Shown here piece by piece: positions 8,472 to 20,200 of a stretch of DNA of 64,000 nt (positions within the stretch are counted from its first letter, which is position 1; each line of letters opens with the position of its first letter). The translations under genes were made by a program, and so were the position numbers. Below the pieces are notes generated by a model that made no database searches, was not told the DNA's origin, and worked only from the letters and a program-made list of their open reading frames with translations. This DNA is from a virus. Lineage: Duplodnaviria > Caudoviricetes. Location of the stretch: the IMG/VR virus record IMGVR_UViG_3300031784_000002; one strand, 5' to 3'.

Positions 8472-10966
8472 AGTTTTACACGAATGTCTTTCAACTAGGT
8501 AATGATATCCTTGTCCGAGGTTATGAAAATGGAAAACATTTTACAAACAGGGAAGAGTTTTATCCCACGTTTTACGTCCCATCAAAGAAAGAAAGTAAAT
8601 ACAAAACCCTTGATGGAGTAAATGTCGAACCTATTCGTCCTGGCACCATTCGAGATTGCAGAGATTTTCTGGAAAAATATGAAGGTGTAAATGGATTTAG
8701 GGTCTATGGGAATGATCGGTTCATCTATCAATATATTGGGGAAAAGTATCCAGAGGATGAGATTAAGTTTGATATCAACAAGATCAAACTTGTAACAATT
8801 GACATTGAGGTTGCTGCGGAAAGTGGATTTCCAGATGTATTCAATTGTGCAGAAGAACTTCTTTTGGTTACAGTTCAGGATTATAACACTAAACAGATCA
8901 CTACCTTTGGTTCTCGTCCTGCACAAGTTTCCCAAGAAAATGTGAAATACATTTATTGTAAAGATGAGTATGCACTCATCAATACTTTCATGGATTGGTG
9001 GCAAAACAATACTCCAGAAGTAGTGACTGGATGGAACTGTGAACTCTATGATATTCCATATTTGATCGGCCGTATTAGCCGACTTATGGGAGAGAAAGTT
9101 GCTAAAAGATTTTCTCCTTGGAATATTGTAAAGGTAAAAGAAGTTCAAATTTCTGGTCGTAAACAATTGAGTTGTGAGATTGCAGGCGTTTCTATTATTG
9201 ACTATCTTGATCTTTATAAGAAATCTCCTGCAACTCCAAACCAAGAAAGTTACCGACTAGATCATATTGCCTTCATGGAGTTGTCTCAAAATAAGTTGGA
9301 TCACTCCGAATATGATACTTTCCGTGACTTCTATACCAATAATTGGCAGAAGTTTGTAGAGTACAACATCGTTGACGTAGAACTGGTAGACCGACTTGAG
9401 GATAAACTTAAGTTGATTGACCTCTGTTTCACCCGTGCATTTGACGCAAAGGTGAACTTTAACGATATTGCATATCAAGTTCGCACTTGGGACGCAATCA
9501 TTTATAACTATCTTCTTAAGAAGAATATTGTGATCCCTCAAAAAGAACGCAATACTAAAGATGAAAAGTATGCAGGTGCATATGTAAAAGAACCTATTCC
9601 AGGTTCTTATGATTGGGTAGTTAACTTTGACCTTAACTCCCTGTATCCGCATTTGATTATGCAATATAACATCAGCCCCGAAACTCTTCTTGATAATCGT
9701 CACCCCAATGTGACAGTTGATAAGGTATTGAAAAAGGAACTGACTTTTGAGATGTATAAGGACTATGCGGTATGTGCCAATGGTGCAATGTATCGCAAAG
9801 ATATTCGTGGGTTTCTCCCAGAACTCATGGAAAAAATGTACAATGAACGAGTCATCTTTAAAAAGAAGATGATTGAGGCGAAGAAGGCCTATGAGAAGAC
9901 TCCGACTAAAGAATTGGAGAAGGAGATCTCTCGTTGCGATAATATCCAAATGGCTAAAAAGATTGCACTTAACTCTGCTTATGGTGCAATCGGTAATGAA
10001 TACTTCCGTTACTACAAACTTGCAAATGCAGAAGCGATTACTCTGTCTGGTCAAGTAGCCATTCAATGGATTGAAGAGAAGATGAACTCTTACATGAATA
10101 AGGTTCTCAAAACTGAGGAAGTTGATTATGTCATTGCTATGGATACTGACTCCATTTATATTAATATGGGTCCTTTTGTTGACGCTGTATTCAAGGGGAG
10201 AGAGAAAACTACTGATGAAATTGTCAATTTCCTTGATAAGGTGTGTAACTTGGAACTTGAAAAGTATATTGAAGGTTCTTACCAAGAATTGGCCGACTAC
10301 TTGAATGCTTATGACCAGAAGATGTACATGAAACGTGAGAACATTGCGGAACGTGGTATTTGGACTGGTAAGAAGCGTTATATCCTTCGTGTGTGGGACT
10401 CCGAGGGTGTTCGATACAAGGAACCAAAACTTAAGATGATGGGTATTGAAGCCATCAAAACATCTACTCCTGCACCTTGTCGTAAAATGATTAAGGATGC
10501 AATCCAAATCATTATGACTAAAGATGAGGATGATGTGATTGAGTTTATTGAGAATTGTCGTAAGGAATTCAAATCACTGAAACCAGAAGAGATTGCATTT
10601 CCTAGAAGTGTATCTGAAATTAATAAGTGGATGTCTAGAACAACCCTTTATAATAAAGGAGTTCCAATTCATGTACGAGGTGTGATTTTATATAATCATC
10701 ATACCAAACTCCAAAACTTGGATAAGAAATATCCTCCTATTCAGAGTGGGGAGAAAATTAAATTTGTGTATCTTAAGATTCCGAATTCTATTCAAGAAAA
10801 TGTATTTTCCTTTATTCAAGATTTTCCTAGGGAGTTGGGTTTGGAGAAATATGTAGATTATGACACTCAATTTGATAAATCTTTTGTTGAACCATTGAGA
10901 ATTATTCTTGATTCTATTGGATGGTCAGTTGAGAAGACAATTAGTTTGGAGAGTTTCTTTTCATGA
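8468..10966 (+). CDS. gp43: Family B DNA polymerase (T4 gp43)
   Basis: Exonuclease DIE and YNIVDV; polymerase FDLNSLYPH, KIALNSAYG, DTDS. No intein visible. Confidence 0.98.
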   Translation: MKFYTNVFQLGNDILVRGYENGKHFTNREEFYPTFYVPSKKESKYKTLDGVNVEPIRPGTIRDCRDFLEKYEGVNGFRVYGNDRFIYQYIGEKYPEDEIKFDINKIKLVTIDIEVAAESGFPDVFNCAEELLLVTVQDYNTKQITTFGSRPAQVSQENVKYIYCKDEYALINTFMDWWQNNTPEVVTGWNCELYDIPYLIGRISRLMGEKVAKRFSPWNIVKVKEVQISGRKQLSCEIAGVSIIDYLDLYKKSPATPNQESYRLDHIAFMELSQNKLDHSEYDTFRDFYTNNWQKFVEYNIVDVELVDRLEDKLKLIDLCFTRAFDAKVNFNDIAYQVRTWDAIIYNYLLKKNIVIPQKERNTKDEKYAGAYVKEPIPGSYDWVVNFDLNSLYPHLIMQYNISPETLLDNRHPNVTVDKVLKKELTFEMYKDYAVCANGAMYRKDIRGFLPELMEKMYNERVIFKKKMIEAKKAYEKTPTKELEKEISRCDNIQMAKKIALNSAYGAIGNEYFRYYKLANAEAITLSGQVAIQWIEEKMNSYMNKVLKTEEVDYVIAMDTDSIYINMGPFVDAVFKGREKTTDEIVNFLDKVCNLELEKYIEGSYQELADYLNAYDQKMYMKRENIAERGIWTGKKRYILRVWDSEGVRYKEPKLKMMGIEAIKTSTPAPCRKMIKDAIQIIMTKDEDDVIEFIENCRKEFKSLKPEEIAFPRSVSEINKWMSRTTLYNKGVPIHVRGVILYNHHTKLQNLDKKYPPIQSGEKIKFVYLKIPNSIQENVFSFIQDFPRELGLEKYVDYDTQFDKSFVEPLRIILDSIGWSVEKTISLESFFS

Positions 10967-11124
10967 GTAAATATGTGGTGGTTTGGGCTGAACCTGGAGA
11001 ATTATCTCCAGTCAAAAACAGGAAGATGTTTGATTCACCATCCACCGCATATTGGTTTGCAAATGAGCTAAAAAAGAAGTATAATTGGGTTATCTGCACT
11101 GAGTCAAAAAATTTAGAGGAGTAA
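10963..11124 (+). CDS. Small hypothetical protein (53 aa)
   Basis: Read manually: MSKYVVVWAEPGE...NLEE, ATGA-coupled to the gp43 stop; below the track cut-off. Confidence 0.6.
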   Translation: MSKYVVVWAEPGELSPVKNRKMFDSPSTAYWFANELKKKYNWVICTESKNLEE

Positions 11125-11125
11125 T

Positions 11126-11290
11126 ATGGATTTGCCTATTAATGACCAAGAATTAAATACAATTATCAGTGCTATGGCTCTTGGTGGAGATACTGCATTA
11201 TTTCAAAAACTAAAACTTGTAAAGGAACTCCGAGAACAAGGACTTCCATATAAAAAAATCTTACGTGAAGAATACGGGATGGTGGCTTGA
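11126..11290 (+). CDS. Small hypothetical protein (54 aa)
   Basis: Read manually: [10 protein letters not shown]...YGMVA; GAGGAG RBS; stop overlaps the uvsX start. Confidence 0.65.
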   Translation: MDLPINDQELNTIISAMALGGDTALFQKLKLVKELREQGLPYKKILREEYGMVA

Positions 11291-12291
11291 TGGACTTTTT
11301 AAAAGATATTGTAAAAGAAATTGGTGGGGAATATACCAAACTTGCTTCAGATATAGACGAGACCGAGAGTTATGTGGATACGGGTTCATACATTTTTAAC
11401 GCACTGGTTTCAGGTTCTATATTTGGCGGTGTATCTGGGAATAAGATTACTGCTATTGCTGGAGAGTCTTCTACTGGAAAAACTTTCTTCTCTCTCGCTG
11501 TGGTTAAGAATTTTCTTGATACTAACCCCGATGGTTATTGTCTCTACTTTGATACTGAAGCTGCTATTACCAAATCTCTCGTAGAATCTCGTGGAATTGA
11601 TACTACTCGTCTTGTTGTTGTTAATGTTGTTACAGTGGAGGAGTTCCGTGGTAAGGCGCTCAAAGCGGTAGACCTATACTTAAAAAAACCCGAATCAGAA
11701 CGCAAACCCTGTATGTTTGTGTTGGACTCTTTGGGTATGCTTTCAACTGAGAAAGAAATTACTGATGCTCTGAATGACAAACAAGTTCGTGATATGACCA
11801 AATCACAACTGATTAAAGGTGCATTCCGTATGCTTACTCTTAAGTTGGGTCAAGCGCAAATTCCAATGATTGTAACCAATCACACTTATGATGTCATCGG
11901 TGCTTACGTTCCTACTAAGGAAATGGGTGGTGGTAGTGGACTTAAGTATGCGGCTTCTACTATTATTCATCTTTCTAAGAAAAAAGAAAAAGATGGAACG
12001 GATGTTATTGGAAACATTATTAAATGCAAAACTGCTAAGTCTCGTTTAAGTAAGGAGAATCAACAAGTTGAAGTTCGTTTGTATTACGATGAGCGTGGTC
12101 TTGATCGTTATTACGGTCTTCTTGAACTCGGTGAGATTGGCGGACTTTGGAAAAATGTCGCAGGTAGATATGAAATTGATGGAAAGAAAATCTACGCAAA
12201 ACAAATCCTCGCAAATCCAGAGGAATATTTCACTCCAGAAGTAATGCAGGCTTTAGATGAAATTGCTCAGAAAGAGTTTTGTTATGGATGA
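11287..12291 (+). CDS. uvsX: RecA-like recombinase UvsX
   Basis: Walker [40 protein letters not shown]. Confidence 0.96.
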   Translation: MMDFLKDIVKEIGGEYTKLASDIDETESYVDTGSYIFNALVSGSIFGGVSGNKITAIAGESSTGKTFFSLAVVKNFLDTNPDGYCLYFDTEAAITKSLVESRGIDTTRLVVVNVVTVEEFRGKALKAVDLYLKKPESERKPCMFVLDSLGMLSTEKEITDALNDKQVRDMTKSQLIKGAFRMLTLKLGQAQIPMIVTNHTYDVIGAYVPTKEMGGGSGLKYAASTIIHLSKKKEKDGTDVIGNIIKCKTAKSRLSKENQQVEVRLYYDERGLDRYYGLLELGEIGGLWKNVAGRYEIDGKKIYAKQILANPEEYFTPEVMQALDEIAQKEFCYG

Positions 12292-12823
12292 TTTTATCAA
12301 GATCTATGATAATGTTCTTCCCCAAGAAACATGTCAGATCTTGATCAATCTCTTTGACCTGAGTGGATATAAGGAGATTGTCAATAACAAAGGAACTCCA
12401 AACTTTACACAATTAAATATCAATCAAAAACATCCAGATAGTGTCAAACAACTATCTCAAGTTACTATGAGTGTACTGAGCCTTTACAAAAAAGAGTTCT
12501 CAGACTACACTAGATGGTATCCACCACGACTCTTCTTAGAAGAGTTTCGTATTAAGAAGTATCATTCTAGGAGTCATGATAGATTTGATATTCATGTTGA
12601 TGTTGAAGATCATGCCTCTTCAAGAAGGTATCTAGCTTTCTTGTATTATCTAAATGATGATTTCACTGGTGGTGAAACTGAGTTTCCTCATCACAATAAA
12701 AAGATTGTTCCTAAACAAGGATCAGTCATGGTGTTTCCTCCAACTTGGCAGTATCCTCATGCGGGATTGCGAGTCAATAAAGGAGTAAAGTATATTATGT
12801 CCACTTATTGTCACTATTACTAA
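12284..12823 (+). CDS. 2OG-Fe(II) oxygenase (prolyl-hydroxylase-like)
   Basis: HVD (HxD), [24 protein letters not shown] motifs. Confidence 0.9.
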   Translation: MDDFIKIYDNVLPQETCQILINLFDLSGYKEIVNNKGTPNFTQLNINQKHPDSVKQLSQVTMSVLSLYKKEFSDYTRWYPPRLFLEEFRIKKYHSRSHDRFDIHVDVEDHASSRRYLAFLYYLNDDFTGGETEFPHHNKKIVPKQGSVMVFPPTWQYPHAGLRVNKGVKYIMSTYCHYY

Positions 12824-14205
12824 TGGAACGGGTTGAAACTACTATTCTTAGGAGTCTTGCATTCAATGAAGAATATTCTAGAAAGGTTCTACCTTTTATC
12901 CGAACTGAATATTTCACTGACTACACTGAGAAAGTAGTTTTTGAAGAGATCTGTCAGTTTATTTTTAAGTACAATAAACTTCCTACTCAAGAGATTCTCA
13001 AAGTTGAAGTAGATAATCGTACAGATTTGAATGAGAATTCTTATAAAGAACTTGTAGAGTATATTGCAAATCTTGATAATTCTCAACTAGATACATCTTG
13101 GTTGTGTGATACTACTGAAAAATGGTGTCGTGATAAAGCCATTTATTTGGCATTGATGGAATCTATTGCCATTGTCGATGGTAAGGATTCTAAGAAGACC
13201 AAAGATGCAATTCCATCCATCCTCTCTGATGCACTTGCAGTCAGTTTTGATACGAATGTAGGTCACGATTATCTTCACGACTATGAAGAACGATACGAAT
13301 TCTACCATCAGACTGAGGAAAAAATTCCTTTCGATCTGGAGTTCTTCAACAAGATTACAAAGGGTGGACTTCCTAATAAAACTCTCAACATTGCTCTTGC
13401 AGGCACTGGTGTTGGTAAGTCTCTATTCATGTGCCATTTTGCTGCTTCTGTTCTTCTCAGGGGTAAAAATGTACTCTATATTACTATGGAGATGGCTGAA
13501 GAAAGAATTGCAGAAAGGATTGATGCAAATCTTTTGAATGTCAATATTCAGGAGATCACAAATCTTCCCCGTAAAATGTTTGAAACTAAAGTTTCTAATA
13601 TTGCAAAGAAGACACAAGGAACTCTTATAATTAAAGAGTATCCCACTGCATCAGCGCATAGTGGCCACTTCAAGTCACTTCTTAATGAACTTGCACTTAA
13701 GAAGTCATTTAAGCCTGATATTATTTTCATTGACTACCTTAATATTTGTGCTTCCTCTCGGTATAAGGGAAACCTTTCTGTCAATTCTTATTCATATATC
13801 AAAGCTATTGCTGAGGAACTTAGGGGACTCGCCGTTGAGTTTAACCTCCCGATTGTCTCCGCTACTCAGACCACTCGTTCAGGTTATGGTTCTTCTGATG
13901 TTGAACTTACTGATACTTCTGAGTCCTTTGGTCTCCCTGCTACTGCTGATCTTATGTTTGCCCTTATTGGCACTGAAGAGCTCGAGGAGTTGGGACAGAT
14001 CATGGTAAAACAATTGAAAAATCGTTATAATGACCCTACCATCAATAAAAGGTTCGTTGTTGGTATTGATCGTGCAAAAATGAGACTCTATGATTGTGAA
14101 CAGAGTGCTCAAGCTGACATACTTGACTCTGGACAAGAAGAAGAGTATACTTATGAAGAAAAGAAAACTGGACCTAAAAAATCATTCGAGGGATTTAAAT
14201 TCTGA
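12823..14205 (+). CDS. gp41: Replicative helicase (T4 gp41)
   Basis: LAGTGVGKS Walker A, IDYLNI, SATQTTR, SESFGLPATAD, KQLKNRY. Confidence 0.96.
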   Translation: MERVETTILRSLAFNEEYSRKVLPFIRTEYFTDYTEKVVFEEICQFIFKYNKLPTQEILKVEVDNRTDLNENSYKELVEYIANLDNSQLDTSWLCDTTEKWCRDKAIYLALMESIAIVDGKDSKKTKDAIPSILSDALAVSFDTNVGHDYLHDYEERYEFYHQTEEKIPFDLEFFNKITKGGLPNKTLNIALAGTGVGKSLFMCHFAASVLLRGKNVLYITMEMAEERIAERIDANLLNVNIQEITNLPRKMFETKVSNIAKKTQGTLIIKEYPTASAHSGHFKSLLNELALKKSFKPDIIFIDYLNICASSRYKGNLSVNSYSYIKAIAEELRGLAVEFNLPIVSATQTTRSGYGSSDVELTDTSESFGLPATADLMFALIGTEELEELGQIMVKQLKNRYNDPTINKRFVVGIDRAKMRLYDCEQSAQADILDSGQEEEYTYEEKKTGPKKSFEGFKF

Positions 14206-14615
14206 TGACTAAAAATATTGACTTTAACAAGTACACCCAATTTGTAGATGCAGTAACTTCTGAAGCATCTACTGATTTCCTTGCTCTTTCAAATCGTCTA
14301 GTAGAACTTGATGAAAAGGGTGCCAATATTGAACGACTTCTTACTGCTGGTGTTGGCATCAACGCTGAGGGTGGTGAGTTTCTTGAGATCATCAAGAAAA
14401 TGATCTTTCAAGGTAAGCCATGGAATGCAGTTAACAAAGAACACCTGATTATTGAACTTGGTGATATTATGTGGTATGTTGCACAAGCTTGTATGGCACT
14501 TGGAGTTACCATTGATGAAGTGGTTGCAGGAAATGTAACTAAACTTGAAAAACGTTATCCTGGTGGATCTTTTGATGTTTATTATTCCGAAAATCGTGCG
14601 GAGGATGATCTGTGA
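14205..14615 (+). CDS. mazG: MazG nucleotide pyrophosphohydrolase
   Basis: EGGEFLEIIKK, ELGDIMWY, KLEKRYP. Confidence 0.93.
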   Translation: MTKNIDFNKYTQFVDAVTSEASTDFLALSNRLVELDEKGANIERLLTAGVGINAEGGEFLEIIKKMIFQGKPWNAVNKEHLIIELGDIMWYVAQACMALGVTIDEVVAGNVTKLEKRYPGGSFDVYYSENRAEDDL

Positions 14616-14791
14616 GTACTAAAGTAATTCTTGAAATGAGTCTTGAAGAAGCTGGTATAGTTCTTATGACTCTAGTTGATTCTCAAAAAGGTTATACTAA
14701 TGGACCTGCAATTCCTGAACGTATTTTTAATCTTCGTGAAGTGATTGTAAATCTAGATTCTGCAATGGAAGATGCAGTAAAAACCAAATAA
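14612..14791 (+). CDS. Small hypothetical protein (59 aa)
   Basis: Read manually from a GTG overlapping the mazG stop: MSTKVILEMS...AVKTK. Confidence 0.55.
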   Translation: MSTKVILEMSLEEAGIVLMTLVDSQKGYTNGPAIPERIFNLREVIVNLDSAMEDAVKTK

Positions 14792-14835
14792 TAAATGACC
14801 CTTCCATAAATATTTGGAAGGGTTTTTTTGTACCT

Positions 14836-15906
14836 ATGGCAAAGTTAAATGAAGGAGATGTGATGGAGGGCGTTTTTGCCATCTGTCTTGCAGAACTATT
14901 TGCAAATGGTACGATTAACAAAGCTAATGTTAACAAGTGGAGAAGACAGATTGATCCTGGTATTTTCAGGAATGGTAGATCAGAGATTGTAGTTAGAGAA
15001 TTTAAAGACGGTCGCCCACAAGATCAAATTAAAGTCACCTTGATTATTAGATTAAAATATGAATCTACAAATATGGCATTTGGTGCAAACTATGCACCTC
15101 TTTATGAGAAAAGTGCAGATGTGGGAAATATTGATAGAAAAATTGATAACTTAATTACTTTTACTAAAACACATTATCAAGACCTTATTCGCAGAACAAA
15201 GGATAGTTACTTAAAAAATAATAAATCAGATAAAGTTGATATTCTTATTAACGCTGATGGTATTGCTGGAGAATCTTCTGGTGGAGATATAAAAGGTGAC
15301 TTGGAAGTTGTCGTAACTATGAATGGCCAAAAACAACTTGATAGAACATTAAATTTCTCTTTGAAATCCGGAAGTAAAACATTGGCCAACCTAAGTCCAT
15401 TTAATGGAATGATGGATATCGTAAGAAGATTTGGGGTCACACTTCCAAATGAAACTAAGTATCGAAAAGTATTAGGCGAACAACTTGCACAAGCCAGAAC
15501 TCCTTTAGAAAAGAAATTAAAAGTAGATACTATTAAAGAATTATATAAAGAGACTTTAGAAGCCCTTGAAGACGCTTCGAGAAGTTCTTCTTTTAAAGAT
15601 CAAGCATTTGAATTATTTAAATCAATGACCTTTGGCTCCGATCTTGCTAATGTTGTTGACATTGATAAATCAAAAATAAAAGAAATAACCGTAGATTATA
15701 TAAACGAACTTCAGAAAAATACAACATCAATAGATGTACAAAAAAGTGGAGACAATTTAAAATTTAAAGTAGTTCCTGGAAATAAAGAACTATTTCAATT
15801 GAGATTTAAAAAAAGAGTTGCTGGAAGTGGAGAAGATTTCCAAATTAAAGAATTAAAATTCTATGTTGAAGCTGGTCCTGCGGCTTATACACCAAAGGAA
15901 AAATAA
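14836..15906 (+). CDS. Hypothetical late protein, possible PD-(D/E)xK nuclease
   Basis: TAAATA at 14807; E(GVFA)...KGDLEV...FSLK spacing resembles a restriction-like catalytic motif. Confidence 0.5.
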   Translation: MAKLNEGDVMEGVFAICLAELFANGTINKANVNKWRRQIDPGIFRNGRSEIVVREFKDGRPQDQIKVTLIIRLKYESTNMAFGANYAPLYEKSADVGNIDRKIDNLITFTKTHYQDLIRRTKDSYLKNNKSDKVDILINADGIAGESSGGDIKGDLEVVVTMNGQKQLDRTLNFSLKSGSKTLANLSPFNGMMDIVRRFGVTLPNETKYRKVLGEQLAQARTPLEKKLKVDTIKELYKETLEALEDASRSSSFKDQAFELFKSMTFGSDLANVVDIDKSKIKEITVDYINELQKNTTSIDVQKSGDNLKFKVVPGNKELFQLRFKKRVAGSGEDFQIKELKFYVEAGPAAYTPKEK

Positions 15907-15946
15907 TAAATACCTTTATGGTTAAGGAATCCTAACTCGATTAATA

Positions 15947-17206
15947 ATGAAGAATTTTACTCAGTTCCTCACTGAAGCTAGAGAAACCTCTGCATCTACA
16001 GAAGCCAAGAGACTTGGTTTAACTGGAGATGGTCACGGTGGTTGGTATGATAAGAATGGAGAGTTTGTTGCAAAAACTGTTGCTGGTAAACTAAAGTTCT
16101 TTGGTAGTGACAACACTCCAGGACAAAAGGATTCCCCATCACAATCAACTGCACAAGCAACTCCACAACCTGCAGCCGCAGAAGTTCCTGCAACTGCCGC
16201 ACAACCAACGCAACAAGTTTCTGCACCTTCATCAGAACAACCTGCACAACAACAAGTTGCACCAGAACAACAACCTGAAGAAGTGCCAGTTCCAGAAGCG
16301 CCTGGTGTTGTTGTAGTATTTGGTAGATTCAATCCACCCACCATTGGTCACGAAAAACTTCTAAAGAGAGCCGCAAAGGAAGCGGAAAAGAGAGGTTACG
16401 AGTTAAGAATTTATCCTTCTAGATCACAAGACGCTAAAAAGAATCCTCTGACTCCACAAATGAAGATCTCTTACATGCGTCAGATGTTCCCTGATTATGC
16501 TGGCAGTATTGTTGACGACAAGGGTGCAAAGACTATTTTCAATGTACTCACCGGTGCAAATGGAGAAGGTCATACCAACATGATCATTATGGTTGGTCAA
16601 GATAGATTGGGGGAATTCCAAGGTTTAAGTCACAAGTATAATGGTGAACTTTATAATTATGATCAACTTGAAGTAGTTTCTGCTGGAGATAGAGATCCAG
16701 ATTCCGATGATGTAACTGGAATGTCTGCATCTAAACTTCGTCTTGCTGCAGCAGAGGGTGACTTTAAGAAGTTCGCAAAAGGTGTTCCCGATACTCTTGG
16801 TAATACTGAGAAGATGGAACTTTTCAATGTTCTTCGTAGATCTATGAATATTGAAGAGGGGACTGAAGTATGGGAAGTTGCTCCTAAACTAGATGAAGAA
16901 GCTCTTAGAGATGCATATCTAGTAGATCGCATTTATGAAGTTGGTAACCTTGTTGAAAATATGAACACCGGTCTCAAAGGAGAAGTGATTCGTAGGGGAA
17001 CAAACTATGTGATTTGTGTGAGTGAAGATGGAATCATGTTCAAATCTTGGTTGAAGGATCTTATTGAGAATCCTCATGAGATTGGTACTGATGAGTATAG
17101 AGAATACCTTCAGTCATTAACTCCAGGTCAAGAAGTTAAGAGTTACACTGGTGTAAAGATTGCATCTATTTACGATAAATTCCGTAAGGGCAAAAAGAAT
17201 AAATAA
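15947..17206 (+). CDS. HIGH-motif nucleotidyltransferase (cytidyltransferase-like) with capsid-targeting-like N-terminus
   Basis: VVFGRFNPPTIGH, VGQDR, MSASKLR; N-terminus MKNFTQFLTE-A; TAAATA at 15907. Confidence 0.85.
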   Translation: MKNFTQFLTEARETSASTEAKRLGLTGDGHGGWYDKNGEFVAKTVAGKLKFFGSDNTPGQKDSPSQSTAQATPQPAAAEVPATAAQPTQQVSAPSSEQPAQQQVAPEQQPEEVPVPEAPGVVVVFGRFNPPTIGHEKLLKRAAKEAEKRGYELRIYPSRSQDAKKNPLTPQMKISYMRQMFPDYAGSIVDDKGAKTIFNVLTGANGEGHTNMIIMVGQDRLGEFQGLSHKYNGELYNYDQLEVVSAGDRDPDSDDVTGMSASKLRLAAAEGDFKKFAKGVPDTLGNTEKMELFNVLRRSMNIEEGTEVWEVAPKLDEEALRDAYLVDRIYEVGNLVENMNTGLKGEVIRRGTNYVICVSEDGIMFKSWLKDLIENPHEIGTDEYREYLQSLTPGQEVKSYTGVKIASIYDKFRKGKKNK

Positions 17207-17231
17207 AACTAGCAGTATTTTTTACAAATAA

Positions 17232-20200
17232 ATGGCTAGTTGGGAAGAATTTTCACGTATTGTTGCAGAAGCTAAATCTGTTAAGAAGTTAGATCCTGTC
17301 GGTCATGAAGATGACGACGTTGATAATGATGGTGATTCGGACTCTTCCGATACTTACCTCAAGAAGAGAAGAGCTACTGTTGGAGCTGCCATTGCTGCAG
17401 ACAAGAAGAGAAAAGTTGAAGAAGCAAAACAACTAGATCCAGTTGGTAAAGAAGACAAAGATATCGATAATGATGGTGATCACGATAAGTCTGATAAGTA
17501 TCTTTTAAATCGTAGAAAAGTTAGATCAAAAATTATTGATCCTCAGGAAAGATTGAAGACTGATAGAGATATGTTTAATATCCCTAAGTCTGAACAGGAA
17601 GCTGCTCGTGAGAGAATTCTTGCGAAGACAAAGGCAAAGAGAATGAAAGAGGAAGTAGAACAGATTGATGAAATTGCGCCTTTAGTTGCTGCTGGACTTG
17701 CTGCTGGTGGCGCCGCTCTTGCTGGTGCAGCTATTAATAGAGCAAAAAAAGCTGCAGATTCTGGAGTTGATGCTGCGAATAAAGGTCTAAAAGTTAAGAA
17801 TCCTGGAACTGGTATCGCAGGTGCTGCATACGGAATGCAAAAAAGAAATAATGCATTAAATGATGCAATGAAACAACTTCGACAGTCTTATGAATTTGAG
17901 GGTGAAATAGTTGATGAAGATAAAGAATACCGTCGTGAGATGGCAAAGGCTGCTGCAAGAGAAAGAGCAGAAGAGAAGAGATCTGAAGAGAACTATAGAA
18001 CTAAAGGTAGAATTGGTAAAAAGAAAGCAGGTCCCAAGTTGAGTACAACTCCACATAGGGAATCCGAATCAAAAAATTATGCTGATAAAGAAGTGGGTTC
18101 TATTAAACTATATGATAAACTTACAAAGAAAAATAAGAATGTTGTAGGTCTCGTTACTAAAGAAGAGAACGAGATTGAAGAAGGCATGTCCATGAAGGAC
18201 TTCAAAGCAAATCGTCAGAAGAATAAAAGAAGAGCTGCTTCTGCCGATGCTGAGAAGAGAGGTCATGTAGGTAAGGAATGGTACAACAGTGGTAGAAAGT
18301 ATTCTCCCGATGAAGCAAAGAGAAGTCGTGCAAACATGGATGATGAAGAAAGACGTACAAGACATCGTAGTGCTGTAGATCCTGATAATGAGGATGATAA
18401 TAATTACTCTGCAGACAAGACGAAGAATCCTAAGAAACTTCGCAAACAAAAAGCGATGGGAGAGGGATACCTTGCAGAGAAATCTCTAAGTAGAGCACAA
18501 CAGAGATTCATGGGCATGGTTTATGCTGCAAAGAAAGGTGAAACTCCTGCATCACCTGAGGTTGCCAAGGCTGCATCTGGAATGAGTAAGAAAGCTGCAA
18601 GAGATTTTGCAAAGACAAAACATGAAGGTCTTCCAGAAAAGAAAGAAGAATTTTCTTTGGTGGATAGATTAGTCATGGAGTTTTCCCCATTAAGTGAAGG
18701 TAAACTTGATGATCTTCTTGCTGATATTCGTTCAGAAGATGATGGAAATAAAAAAAAACCTCAATCAAAAAAATCTGAACCTGTAAAAAAACCTCAAGCA
18801 AAAAAGTCTGAACCTGTAAAAAAGCCTCAAGCAAAAAAATCTGAATCAGAGAGAAAAGAACAATCGAAAGAAGAAGTAAAAACCAGAAATACTGCAACTG
18901 AAAGAGCTGCAAGAACTTCTGCTGCTTCTAGGATTCGTGCTGCAAGAATTGCAAGAGAAACTGAAAAGGAAAAAGAAGCCGCTAGGACTGAAAGACAACG
19001 TGAAAGAATGAGTTATGCTGAGAAAAATAAAGAATCTAAGGCAAAACAAAAAGAGTTAGAGAGTAAGAAAAAAGAGGAATCTAGCGCAGCTAAAGCAAAA
19101 CAAAAAGAGGACGATAAAAAAAGAAAGGAACAAGCTAGTGCCGCAAAAGAATCAGCAAAAGCAAAACAAAAAGAAGCAAAAGACAGGCAAAGTGAATTAG
19201 AAAAAAAGGAAAGAGAGAAAAAGAATCAACTGAAAGCAAAAGAGGATTCTAGAAAACAGAGAAGATCTGAATTGGCTCGAGATGTTAAGTCTGCTTGGAG
19301 TGGATCAACAAAAGTTGCTGGTGATAAAAAAGATACTGAAGCAGTAGCTGCAGGTATGAGTAATGTGGGAAGTTTAGTATCTGGTGTTGCTAAAACTGGA
19401 CTTGCTCTTGGAAAATATGCTTATAAGAAGGCAAAAGAAAAAAGAGCGGAGAAAACATCAGAAACTCCTAGTTCAAATCAACCAGAAAAAAAGGAACCAA
19501 CAAAACCAGAGGCACCACAATCCACTAGTAGTGCAACTCAAAAAGCTCCTACTACAACAAAACCAGATACGACTCAGAAAAAGTTAACTGGAACTCCAGA
19601 GAGAACAAAGTTGACTGCAACTCCAGAAAGAAAAAAATTAGTTCCATCAACAAAACGACTTCCTCCTGCAGGTCAAACAACTACAAATGCTTCTCCGAAA
19701 AGAGAAACTGGAATGACATTGGGACAAAGAGCTAGAAGAAATCCAGCATTGAAGTCCGCATTAATGAAAAATAGAATGGAAGAGTATTCAAATTGGAGAG
19801 AGGAGTTTATTTTTGAAGTAGACGATCAAACAGTACAAAATCAAAAACAAAAAGTTATTGATGTTTCCAAAAAGAAGAATAAAATTGAAATTAATCCAAC
19901 AATGAGTGAAGGATGTGGTTGTGATGAAAAAGAAAATGAAAAGGAAACTCCAAAAAAAGATATGAGAGATTTACCTACTAAAGTAAATCTTTTGAAAACC
20001 AAACTAAGATCAGCGGGAGTTAGAAATCCTATTGTAATGGTTGGAGTTAAAGAGGATTGGCAATCGGTAAATCGCAAAGATAAAACTGATGGTCTCAGTC
20101 AGAAAGCTGTAGATGTTTATCGTCGTGAGAATCCAGGTTCAAAACTTCAGACTGCAGTAACCGAAAAAAAGCCTACGGGCAAAAGGGCTGAACGCCGTAA

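Noticed and set aside
8582-10507. 220-aa and 416-aa antisense ORFs within gp43
   Set aside because: Fully antisense to the polymerase with no recognisable protein features; same shadow-ORF explanation (also applies to 28549-29133 and similar).
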